Below, piece after piece: positions 26,172-34,949 of a stretch of 55,578 nucleotides of DNA (positions are counted from its first letter, which is position 1; the number at the start of each line of letters is the position of its first letter). A program made the position numbers and the translations under genes. Where the stretch lies: assembly GCA_016192205.1 (NCBI GenBank), contig JACPUP010000029.1, positions 1 through 55,578 on the forward strand, written 5' to 3'. Below the pieces are notes generated by a model. That model searched no databases. It was not told the origin of the DNA and saw nothing but the letters and a program-made list of their open reading frames with translations. The stretch comes from Candidatus Kerfeldbacteria bacterium (GTDB lineage Bacteria > Patescibacteriota > Patescibacteriia > SBBC01 > JACPUP01).

Positions 26172-26959
26172 AACTCTCCCTGATCATCCTCAACTACGAG
26201 AGTGCTGGCCTCGTGCGCGAGTGCATCCGCGGTATTCACGCAGCCCGCCTCGCACTATCATACGAAATCATCGTCGTGGACAACAATTCTGGTGATGGCG
26301 TTGGCGCAATGCTCGCCCGTTCATTCCCGGGTGTGCGGTTCATCGGCTCACCGGTCAACGGCGGCTGCGCAGCCGGCAACAACCTCGGCCTGCTGGCAGC
26401 GCAGGGCGCGTACGCCCTCATCCTCAATCCTGACATCGCCGTTCTCCCCGGTGCCGTCGAGACGCTTGTCACGTTCCTGGATGCGCATCCGGACGCGGCC
26501 CTGGTCGCACCGCAACTCGTCAACCCCGACGGCACCACCCAGCTCTCCTGTTTTCGTTTCCCGGACCCGCTCATCCCCATCCTCCGCCGAACGCCGCTCG
26601 GGAACCTCCCCGGGGCGCGGCGCCGGCTCCGCGCATACCTGCTCACGAGCTGGGACCACACGGATACGCGAACGGTTGATTGGGTCTTGGGTGCCTGTAT
26701 GCTCGTGCGCATGGAGGCGGTTGAGCGCGTCGGCCTCATGGACGAACGGTTCTTCCTCTACTTCGAAGACGTTGACTGGTGCCGACGTTTCTGGGCGGCT
26801 GGGTACAAAATTTATTACCATCCGGCCAGTCGCATGGTGCACTACCACCGTCGCCTCTCGGCCGTGAACCCGGGACTCAAGGGAATCTTGAGCGCCTCCA
26901 CGCGAGTCCACATCGTTAGCGGACTCCGCTACTTTGCGAAGTACGGATTCCACCGGTAA
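26168..26959 (+). CDS. Family 2 glycosyltransferase
   Basis: LIILNYES...IVVDNNSGDG...NGGCAAGNN...LNPDI, and ED motif FFLYFEDVDWC. ATGA overlap with the previous gene. Confidence 0.85.
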   Translation: MKLSLIILNYESAGLVRECIRGIHAARLALSYEIIVVDNNSGDGVGAMLARSFPGVRFIGSPVNGGCAAGNNLGLLAAQGAYALILNPDIAVLPGAVETLVTFLDAHPDAALVAPQLVNPDGTTQLSCFRFPDPLIPILRRTPLGNLPGARRRLRAYLLTSWDHTDTRTVDWVLGACMLVRMEAVERVGLMDERFFLYFEDVDWCRRFWAAGYKIYYHPASRMVHYHRRLSAVNPGLKGILSASTRVHIVSGLRYFAKYGFHR

Positions 26960-26962
26960 GCT

Positions 26963-28927
26963 ATGCCCATGCGCTTGTTCAGGCTCAACACGCGTGAGCG
27001 GCTCGATTTCCTCCAGGGATCGGGGCGCCGACGGCCCTGGTGGCGGCGCCGGAGGGTGGCGATGACCATCGCGATCGTCAGCGCGGTGCTCGCGTTGCTG
27101 GCCATTGTCACGGTCCCGCCGGCTGTCCGAACGGCCAACGCGGCCAAGAAGTTCCAATCACGTTTAGTCAAATCCCAGCAGCTGCTCGTGGCCCAACGCT
27201 TCGACGAGGCCCGCGCTGAACTCGACAAAACACGGAAAGCACTGGATGACACGCGGGTCGCGTTTCGATCGCTGCGGTGGTGGCGCATCGTTCCGCTCGT
27301 CGGCAGCAACATTCGCGCCGGCGACGACTTACTCGTCATCGGCGACATCCTCTTGACGATGGTCGGGCGGGTCACGGATTTCACCGATGACCTCATCGGA
27401 CCGTTCGTGAAGCGCGACACGCCACTGACGCTCGCGAGCTTGAGCATTGATGACCGAACCCAGATCCTCGAACGGCTCGGCGAGGCCGAACCAACGCTCC
27501 GGACCGTGCAAACGGATCTCCGCACGATGGTCGAACGCCTCGATGCCATGCCGCGTTCCCTGGTCAGATCGCGCGTCAACCGCGAACTTGCGCCGCTGCG
27601 GGAAAACTTCCTCATCATCGAAGAAGCCCTCTCCCGCGCCGCACCAATCGCACGCATCCTCCCAACCTTCCTTGGCCACGGCGACCAGCAGACCTATCTC
27701 TTCTTGTTGCAGAATAACGCGGAACTCCGTCCGGCCGGCGGATTCATCGGCACGTACGGCATCATGAAGGTCGAAGACGGCGAGATCGTGCACTTCACGA
27801 CGGAGAATGCCTACAATCTCGATAACCGCGCCAAAAGCACCTTGAACGTTGAGCCACCGCTGCCGTTGAAGCTCTACAACAGTGCCGAGCGGTGGTGGTT
27901 CCGTGATGCGAACTGGTCCCCGGACTTCCCCACGAGCGCTGCCAAAGCCGCGGAGCTGTACCGACTTGAGGGCGGCCGGGAACAGCTCGACGGCGTCCTG
28001 GCAGTCACGCCCACCTTCATCGAGGCACTCATCGCCCTGACCGGACCGATTACGGTTTCGGGTGTCGAATTCACCAGAGACAACTTCGTGGACACCCTCC
28101 AAGACCTCACCACCTTCGGCTACTACCGACAGGGTGTGGCGGAATCAGAACGCAAAGAAATCATCGGGGCGCTCGGACAAATCCTCTTGACTCGCATCTA
28201 CGAACTCCCGCAGACCCAGTGGAGTGAGCTCTGGAAAACCATGCTCACCGAACTCACGGAAAAACAGGTCTTGCTCAATTTCACCAACCGCGATTTGCAG
28301 ACCTTCGCCCTCGAGCAGAAGTGGGGCGGTGCGGTCGAGTCGGTCCCGGGTGATTTCCTCATGCTCGTCGACGCCAATGTGGCAGCCCTCAAAACTGATC
28401 CGGTCGTGAACCGCACCATCCGCTACGAGCTCAAACCGGTTGACCAACACTTCGAAGCGACGGCGACGATCACCTACGAGCATACCGGCGACTTCACTGA
28501 GAAAACCACCCGTTACCGCACCTACCTGCGCGTGTACGTCCCCTTCGGCTCGGAGCTCATCACCAGTGACGGGGCAGACCTGACGGACCGGTCAGACCGT
28601 CCCGGACAGGTGACCATCGATGAAGAGCACGGGAAGACCGTTTTCGCTGCCTTCAAGTCCATCGAGCCCGGCACGACCGAACACATCACGTTCACCTTCC
28701 AACTCCCAGACGCAGTGACGCAACAAATCGCAGCGGGTTCCTACACGCTCTACCTCGAAAAGCAGGCGGGTACAGCCGCGCACGCCGTGGTGCTCTCGCT
28801 CACGTTCGATTCCGAGATTACCGCCGTGACCGGGATTGACACCCTGTTCGCAAAACGACATACTGACCTGTCGCACGAGACAAACCTCCAGACGGATCGT
28901 GCCCTCACCCTTCACTTGGCGCGCTAA
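26963..28927 (+). CDS. DUF4012-domain membrane-anchored protein
   Basis: N-terminal TM. Hallmark LFLLQNNAELRPAGGFIGTYG motif. Confidence 0.75.
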   Translation: MPMRLFRLNTRERLDFLQGSGRRRPWWRRRRVAMTIAIVSAVLALLAIVTVPPAVRTANAAKKFQSRLVKSQQLLVAQRFDEARAELDKTRKALDDTRVAFRSLRWWRIVPLVGSNIRAGDDLLVIGDILLTMVGRVTDFTDDLIGPFVKRDTPLTLASLSIDDRTQILERLGEAEPTLRTVQTDLRTMVERLDAMPRSLVRSRVNRELAPLRENFLIIEEALSRAAPIARILPTFLGHGDQQTYLFLLQNNAELRPAGGFIGTYGIMKVEDGEIVHFTTENAYNLDNRAKSTLNVEPPLPLKLYNSAERWWFRDANWSPDFPTSAAKAAELYRLEGGREQLDGVLAVTPTFIEALIALTGPITVSGVEFTRDNFVDTLQDLTTFGYYRQGVAESERKEIIGALGQILLTRIYELPQTQWSELWKTMLTELTEKQVLLNFTNRDLQTFALEQKWGGAVESVPGDFLMLVDANVAALKTDPVVNRTIRYELKPVDQHFEATATITYEHTGDFTEKTTRYRTYLRVYVPFGSELITSDGADLTDRSDRPGQVTIDEEHGKTVFAAFKSIEPGTTEHITFTFQLPDAVTQQIAAGSYTLYLEKQAGTAAHAVVLSLTFDSEITAVTGIDTLFAKRHTDLSHETNLQTDRALTLHLAR

Positions 28928-29937
28928 TGTTCCATAAGCGAATCGGCATTGACCTCGGCACGACGAACACCCTTGTCCACATTCCAGGCAAGGGGATTCT
29001 CATCAATGAGCCGTCAGTCGTGGCCGTGTCCTTGAGTGACAAGAAGGTCTTAGCCGTCGGTGATGAGGCCAAAGAAATGCTCGGTCGTACCCCCGACACC
29101 ATTGTCGCGCGGCGGCCGTTGAAAGACGGGGTGATAGCCGACTACCGCACGACCGAAGCCATGATCCGCTACTTCATCAACAAAGCCATTGGTGGTGTGC
29201 GTTTTTTTCAACCCGAGGTCATGATTGCCGTCCCCGGCGGCATCACCTCGACCGAGCGACGGGCGGTGATTGACGCCACGCTGGCCGCTGGCGCGAAAGC
29301 CGCGTACATCATCAAAGAGCCGGTGGCCGCCGCCATCGGCGCCAACATCCCCATCGGTTCGGCCTCCGGCCACATGATTATCGACATCGGGGGTGGCACC
29401 ACCGAAATCGCAATCATTTCCCTGGGTGGGATTGTGGCGAACACGTCCGTCCGCATCGGCGGCACGAAACTCGACGCGGCGATTCAAGAGTCCGTCCGGA
29501 AGAAGTACGGGTTGGCGATCGGCGAGCGCACGGCCGAGCACATGAAAATCACCATCGGTTCGGCGCTGCCGCTCGAGGAGACGCTCTCCCTGGAAGTGCG
29601 CGGCCGCGACGTCATCTCTGGACTCCCGAAGACCATCACCGTCACCTCGGACGATGTGACCGAAGCCGTCCAGGATGAGCTCAGCGGCATTGTCCACGCC
29701 GTAAAATCCGTCCTCCAAGAAACGCCGCCCGAGCTGTCCGCTGACGTTATCGACAAAGGCATGATCATGTCCGGCGGATCAGCCTTGCTCCGGAACATCG
29801 ACCGGCTCATTGCCCAAGCCACGGGCGTCCCGGCCTACGTCGCTGACGATCCCTTGCTCTGCGTGGCAAAGGGCACCGGGATCGCGCTGGAGAACCTCGA
29901 GTCCTACAAGCGGAGCATCCTCTCGACCAAAACATGA
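28927..29937 (+). CDS. MreB-family actin-like protein (paralog 1, inside the glycan cluster)
   Basis: GIDLGTTNT, DIGGGTTEIA, SGGSALLRN. The start overlaps the DUF4012 stop (TAATG) and the stop overlaps the next ATG (ATGA). Confidence 0.9.
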   Translation: MFHKRIGIDLGTTNTLVHIPGKGILINEPSVVAVSLSDKKVLAVGDEAKEMLGRTPDTIVARRPLKDGVIADYRTTEAMIRYFINKAIGGVRFFQPEVMIAVPGGITSTERRAVIDATLAAGAKAAYIIKEPVAAAIGANIPIGSASGHMIIDIGGGTTEIAIISLGGIVANTSVRIGGTKLDAAIQESVRKKYGLAIGERTAEHMKITIGSALPLEETLSLEVRGRDVISGLPKTITVTSDDVTEAVQDELSGIVHAVKSVLQETPPELSADVIDKGMIMSGGSALLRNIDRLIAQATGVPAYVADDPLLCVAKGTGIALENLESYKRSILSTKT

Positions 29938-31133
29938 TCATCGGCATCGACGCCTCGCGCGCCACGGTCCGAGAGAAAACCGGAACCGAGTGGTACTCCC
30001 AGTACATCATCGAGCACCTCGTCCTTCGCCATCCCGAGGTGACGTTTTGGCTGTACTCGAAAGAGCCACTCGGCCCGCCACTCAGCGGGCTCCTTGGTCC
30101 GCGGGTGGTCAATAAAGTCCTGCAGTGGCCAGCGGCACTGCTCTGGAGCCAATTGAGACTCTCCCTGGAGATGCTCTGGCGACGACCAGACGTCTTGTTC
30201 GTGCCAGCGCACACCATACCGCTCATCCATCCACGAGCCACCGTCACCACCTGTCACGACGCAGGTTTTGAAGCCTTCCCGGAACTGTATGGACAGACGC
30301 CGATCGGACCGCGCCGCGGGTGGCAGCGCACGCTCGTGAGCCTCTTGGTGCGGCTCGTCACGCTGGGGCGGTACGGAAACAGTGAACTCGACTATCACCG
30401 CTTTAGCATGCGACTGGCACTCCGCCGGGCCGCGCGGGTGATTACGGTCTCACGGTTTAGCCGGGACGAGTTCGTTCGCTCCTACGGTGCGGACCCGAAC
30501 CGCTTCACCATCATCCCGCATGGCGCCACCCCAACGAGCGCCGGGGAGCGGCACGCTGGGAAGAGCGCGCCAGCGCGCTCCGGGCTCACCCGTCCCTACA
30601 TCCTGTCGATCGGCCGCCTCGAGCGGAAGAAGAATGTCGCCGGCGCGCTGTCGACATACGGTCTGCTCCAGCGCCGGCTCCGAGACGCTCCGGATTTCGT
30701 GCTCGTGGGCAAGGCCGGGGTCGGTTTTGACGAGATTCAGCGGGCGCTCAATGCCGTCCCGCACCCGGAACGCGTCCATCAGCTCTCGTGGGTACCCGCC
30801 GACGACCTGGAATCACTGTGGCGAGACGCCCGAGCCTTCTTCTTCCCCTCGTTCTATGAAGGATTCGGCATGCCCGTCCTCGACGCGTTCCGCCACGGTG
30901 TTCCGGTGGTTGCGTCGAACATCGGTGCACTCCGCGAGGTATCAGGCGACGCAGCGCTGTTGGCTGATCCCAACGACCATCAACAGCTCGCCGAGCACCT
31001 CTACCGCGTCCTGACCGACGACGCACTTCGCCACCAGCTCCGCGAACGCGGAACGCGGCAGGCGGCACACTTTCCCGACTGGGACACTGTAGCCGATCAG
31101 ACGTTCCGCGTCCTGACGCGCGCAGCCGGGTAA
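29934..31133 (+). CDS. Family 4 (GT-B) glycosyltransferase
   Basis: FFFPSFYEGFGMPVLDAFRHGVPVVASNIGALREV (E-x7-E region). Confidence 0.85.
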   Translation: MIIGIDASRATVREKTGTEWYSQYIIEHLVLRHPEVTFWLYSKEPLGPPLSGLLGPRVVNKVLQWPAALLWSQLRLSLEMLWRRPDVLFVPAHTIPLIHPRATVTTCHDAGFEAFPELYGQTPIGPRRGWQRTLVSLLVRLVTLGRYGNSELDYHRFSMRLALRRAARVITVSRFSRDEFVRSYGADPNRFTIIPHGATPTSAGERHAGKSAPARSGLTRPYILSIGRLERKKNVAGALSTYGLLQRRLRDAPDFVLVGKAGVGFDEIQRALNAVPHPERVHQLSWVPADDLESLWRDARAFFFPSFYEGFGMPVLDAFRHGVPVVASNIGALREVSGDAALLADPNDHQQLAEHLYRVLTDDALRHQLRERGTRQAAHFPDWDTVADQTFRVLTRAAG

Positions 31134-31135
31134 CG

Positions 31136-31164
31136 TTGTCGTCGAGGGCATCTCGTGGTATAGT
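31136..31164 (+). promoter_or_regulatory. Possible sigma70-type promoter with extended -10 for holB
   Basis: TTGTCG (31136-31141), 17-nt spacer ending in TGG, TATAGT (31159-31164). ATG is 15 nt downstream. Confidence 0.45.
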
Positions 31165-31179
31165 CGCGACGCCTTTGCT

Positions 31180-32232
31180 ATGCATTTGATCGCACCAACA
31201 CTCGTTGGCAACGAGCACGCCCGCCAGTACCTTCGCCTTCTCATCGAACGGGAAACGGCCAGGGGAAGCTTTCTCTTCGTCGGTCCGGAAGGGGTGGGCA
31301 AGCGCGCAGTCGCCCGAGCGTTCGGCCGCGCGCTGCAGTGCGCGGCCACGCCAGACCGCCGACCGTGCGGAACCTGCGGGCTGTGCCGTGCCTGGAACCA
31401 TGGCACCAACCCGGATGCACTGATCGTCCGTCGAGCGGCCGACCATGCTGCTATCCGCCTCGAGCAAATCCGACCCACGGCCAACGGGACGACGCCGGCT
31501 CAAGACACCGTCCACCGCCGACTCCAACTTCGTTCCGTCGTTGGGCCACGCCAGGTCGTTATCATCGAAGACGCCGACCGCTTGAACGACGCCGCGGCGA
31601 GCGCCCTCCTGAAAACGCTGGAAGAACCTCGGGGCGACACCATCCTCATTCTCACCACGTCCGCACTCGACGCTGTACCACGGACGGTTCGCTCCCGCTG
31701 CACGCTCGTGTACTTCCACCGCGTCCCAACGGCGGTGATCCGTGATGCCCTCCGCCTTGAGCGTCGACTCACCACACCGGAACGCGAGCTTATCGCCAGC
31801 CTTGCGGACGGCCGCCCGGACATCGCTCACGACCTCGCGCACAGCCCCGAAAGACTGGCGGGAGAACTCGACGCCTTCGCGACCCTGCTCCGTACCCTCC
31901 AGGGCAGCACGCAACGACCATTCGGGTTGAGCGAGGCCGTACTGCCGACTGATCGAAAGGCGAGCGGCCCGGTAGCAACGGCGACGTTTCGACGACTCGC
32001 CCTGATCGTCCACGACGTGCTCATGGTCACCACGGGCGCCCCGTCACTCATCCGCCTCAAGCGTTTTCGCGTTGCCCTCGAACGCCTCGCCGCCGGCCTC
32101 CCCGAACAACCCCTCCACCAGCTCGCGGATTTCGTCTCGACCCTGCCCGCATTGCTCGACCAGAATGTCAGCCCCAAGAACATCCTCGATCGGTTCACCA
32201 ACCAGTTCGCCGCCCATGCGCACCCACGGTAG
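31180..32232 (+). CDS. holB: DNA polymerase III delta' subunit
   Basis: FLFVGPEGVGKRAVA, Cys cluster CGTCGLC, VVIIEDADRLN, SRC box (VRSRCTLV). Confidence 0.85.
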   Translation: MHLIAPTLVGNEHARQYLRLLIERETARGSFLFVGPEGVGKRAVARAFGRALQCAATPDRRPCGTCGLCRAWNHGTNPDALIVRRAADHAAIRLEQIRPTANGTTPAQDTVHRRLQLRSVVGPRQVVIIEDADRLNDAAASALLKTLEEPRGDTILILTTSALDAVPRTVRSRCTLVYFHRVPTAVIRDALRLERRLTTPERELIASLADGRPDIAHDLAHSPERLAGELDAFATLLRTLQGSTQRPFGLSEAVLPTDRKASGPVATATFRRLALIVHDVLMVTTGAPSLIRLKRFRVALERLAAGLPEQPLHQLADFVSTLPALLDQNVSPKNILDRFTNQFAAHAHPR

Positions 32233-33280
32233 CATTCTCGCCATTGTCGTCCTGTTCTTCCTGCTGGCTGGCCAGGCCTGCATTCGTTTTTCTTCCCCGC
32301 CGCCACTCGGACCGACGCTCCTGCGCAGCGATAATCGTGGGATTGATTGGGTGGCGAAAGACTTCGTTGAAGTCGTCCAGGACGGGAAGAAAACGGTGAC
32401 GGTGTCACTCACGAGCTGGCCCTCCTACGATCTCCGCTCCAGCCCGGCCAACCCAGGTCTGCTCTTCCTCTCGACCTATACGAGCGGCCTCTTCCGCTCG
32501 ACCACGCGCGGCGAGCAGTGGGATCGCACCGGCTTCCGTGGTCAAGTTGTTGCGTTCGCGCTCGACCCACTCGATGATGAGCGTCTCTTCCTCACGGACG
32601 GGAAGGGCCTCTTCCGCTCCGATGACCGAGGAGCCAATTGGACCACCGTCTTCACCATCACCCGCGGCGAAGAAGTGCTCCGCACGCTCGAAGTCGACTT
32701 CTTCAACCCGGCGCGCATCATGGCGGTCTCCAACCTCGGCGCGGTGTATCGGACCACCGACCAGGGCGAGACCTGGACGAACATTACACAGATTGCCGAC
32801 GACCCGGCCGATCTCATCTTCAGCCCGCGCGACAGCCGCGTCGCGTTTCTCCGCGGCGCCAGACAGGGCCTCTGGCGATCGCGTGACGGCGGCAGCACCT
32901 GGGAGTCGCTCCGGACGACCTTCGACGCCTTCCCGAAGGCAGCCGAGCACGTCCGTATCACGTTCGCCGGCCCTGACCGCGCTACCATCTATGCCGCCAC
33001 TGGCAATGGCCTCTTACGCTCACGCGACAACGGCGATACCTGGGAGCGGATCCCAACGCTCTTCCAGCCGCCGTTTCGCATCGGGGAGGTCGCAGTTGAT
33101 CCAGGCAATGAAGCAATCCTGAGCTTCGCCGTCAGCAACAAACTCCACCAGAGTCTCGATGGCGGTTCGAGCTGGACCGTCTACACCATTCCCACGAACC
33201 GCCCGCTCACGTACCTCCGCATCGACCCGAACGACTCGACGGTCATGTACCTCGGCGCTGAATTCCCTCCCGAACAGTAA
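32216..33280 (+). CDS. Exported 7-Asp-box (BNR-repeat) beta-propeller protein
   Basis: Start re-set to ATG 32216. Signal/anchor ILAIVVLFFLLAGQAC. Seven SxDxGxxW-like boxes (SDNRGIDW, TTRGEQW, SDDRGANW, TTDQGETW, SRDGGSTW, SRDNGDTW, SLDGGSSW). Confidence 0.75.
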   Translation: MRTHGSILAIVVLFFLLAGQACIRFSSPPPLGPTLLRSDNRGIDWVAKDFVEVVQDGKKTVTVSLTSWPSYDLRSSPANPGLLFLSTYTSGLFRSTTRGEQWDRTGFRGQVVAFALDPLDDERLFLTDGKGLFRSDDRGANWTTVFTITRGEEVLRTLEVDFFNPARIMAVSNLGAVYRTTDQGETWTNITQIADDPADLIFSPRDSRVAFLRGARQGLWRSRDGGSTWESLRTTFDAFPKAAEHVRITFAGPDRATIYAATGNGLLRSRDNGDTWERIPTLFQPPFRIGEVAVDPGNEAILSFAVSNKLHQSLDGGSSWTVYTIPTNRPLTYLRIDPNDSTVMYLGAEFPPEQ

Positions 33281-33288
33281 CCCTGACT

Positions 33289-33831
33289 ATGCAACGCACC
33301 GACGCGCCCATCGCCAACCTCCTGGCCCACCTCGAATCCGAGCTCCGTGGCATTCGATCCGGCCGCGCTAACCCCTCCCTCATTGAACAGGTGCCCATTG
33401 CTGCGTACGGCTCACCCATGAAACTCGTTGAGCTCGCATCCATTACGGTACCGGAGCCACGACAGCTCCTGGTGCAACCATGGGACACCAACCTCTTGAA
33501 GGACATTGAGCGGGGGATTGCGGTAGCGAAACTCGACCTGCACCCGGTCGTCGACGGCAAACTCATCCGCATCACGCTCCCGAGCTTGACCGAAGAGCGT
33601 CGGACCGCGTACCGCAAACTCGCGCGCGAAAAAACCGAGCAGGCGAAAGTTGCGTTGCGCCGATTGCGCGATGATGCCATGCGCGATCTCCGAGACGCAG
33701 AACGAGCCGGCACCCAGTCCGAGGACGAGGTCAAGCGAGAGAAAGAACGGGTCGAGTCAATCGTGAAAGAGGTCAGCCAGGACATCGACGAACGCTACGC
33801 AGCCAAGGAGCGCGAATTGACCGCTGTCTAG
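33289..33831 (+). CDS. frr: Ribosome recycling factor
   Basis: LRGIRSGRANPSLIE, ITVPEPRQLLVQPWD, LPSLTEERR. Confidence 0.95.
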   Translation: MQRTDAPIANLLAHLESELRGIRSGRANPSLIEQVPIAAYGSPMKLVELASITVPEPRQLLVQPWDTNLLKDIERGIAVAKLDLHPVVDGKLIRITLPSLTEERRTAYRKLAREKTEQAKVALRRLRDDAMRDLRDAERAGTQSEDEVKREKERVESIVKEVSQDIDERYAAKERELTAV

Positions 33832-33832
33832 T

Positions 33833-34945
33833 ATGGCGATTCTCCTGTTTGTCTTCGTTCTCGGCCTCCTCGTCTTCGTCCACGAGCTCGGCCACTTCTG
33901 GACCGCCCGCCGTCTCGGCGTCCACGTCGAAGAGTTCGGCTTCGGCTTTCCGCCGCGCATCGTGGGCCGGCGACGCAACGGCGTCGTCTACTCCATCAAT
34001 TGGATTCCGTTCGGCGGGTTCGTCCGGCTCAAGGGCGAGCAAGCGCACGAACCGAGCGACGATCCGCGCAGTTTCCAGAATGCGCCGCGCCACCGGCGGG
34101 CGCTCATCATCGCGGCGGGAGTGCTCATGAACGGCGCACTCGCCATGGTCCTCCTCATCGTGACGTACCTCGGCGGGATGAAAACCTTTGCCACGGAAAC
34201 GCTCCCGGGAGCCCAGCTCCGCGATCCGGAAGTCGTCATCACCTCGATCCTGGCCGAGTCACCGGCGGGCAACGCGGGACTCACGGAAGGCGCGTTCATC
34301 CGATCCGTCAACGGCGAATCCGTTTCCGACGCAGAGGTCGTGCGAGAGCGCATTGAGCAGGCGCTGGGCCAGCCGCTCACGTTCGTCGTCGAACGCGATG
34401 CCGTGCTCCAAGACGTGGTCATAACGCCAACGTCCATTGAAGGCAGCGATGTTGGCAAAATCGGCGCTGGGATCGAAACCGTCGCCCGTGCGACCTATCC
34501 CGTCCACTGGGCCATCCTCAACGCGTTTCGCACGACGGGCGAGCTCGCCTGGTTGGTGCTCGTCGCCTTCGGGACGCTCGTGAAAGACATTGTGGTCCAT
34601 CAATCCATCAGCGCCGACGTGGCTGGTCCCGTTGGCATCGCCGTGCTAACCGGCCAAGTGGCGCAGTTTGGGCTCCTGGCCATTTTCCAGTTCATGGCCA
34701 TCCTGTCCATCTCCCTCATGGTCATCAACCTCATGCCGTTCCCCGGGCTCGACGGTGGCCGACTCTTCTTCCTCTGGCTCGAGGCGATTCGGAAGAAGGG
34801 CATCAGTCAGAAGACCGAGGCCATCATCCACAACGTCGGGTTCGTGCTCCTCATCCTCCTCCTCGTGGCGGTCTCGATCAAAGACGTGCGGCAGTTCGGC
34901 GTGGGAGAGCGCATCGCCGACGCTGTCCGTTCCATTTTCCGCTAA
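33833..34945 (+). CDS. rseP: RIP site-2 metalloprotease (RseP/M50 family) with PDZ domain
   Basis: HELGHFWTAR (HExxH), GFGFPP, and C-terminal NLMPFPGLDGG. Confidence 0.88.
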   Translation: MAILLFVFVLGLLVFVHELGHFWTARRLGVHVEEFGFGFPPRIVGRRRNGVVYSINWIPFGGFVRLKGEQAHEPSDDPRSFQNAPRHRRALIIAAGVLMNGALAMVLLIVTYLGGMKTFATETLPGAQLRDPEVVITSILAESPAGNAGLTEGAFIRSVNGESVSDAEVVRERIEQALGQPLTFVVERDAVLQDVVITPTSIEGSDVGKIGAGIETVARATYPVHWAILNAFRTTGELAWLVLVAFGTLVKDIVVHQSISADVAGPVGIAVLTGQVAQFGLLAIFQFMAILSISLMVINLMPFPGLDGGRLFFLWLEAIRKKGISQKTEAIIHNVGFVLLILLLVAVSIKDVRQFGVGERIADAVRSIFR

Positions 34946-34949
34946 GCCC

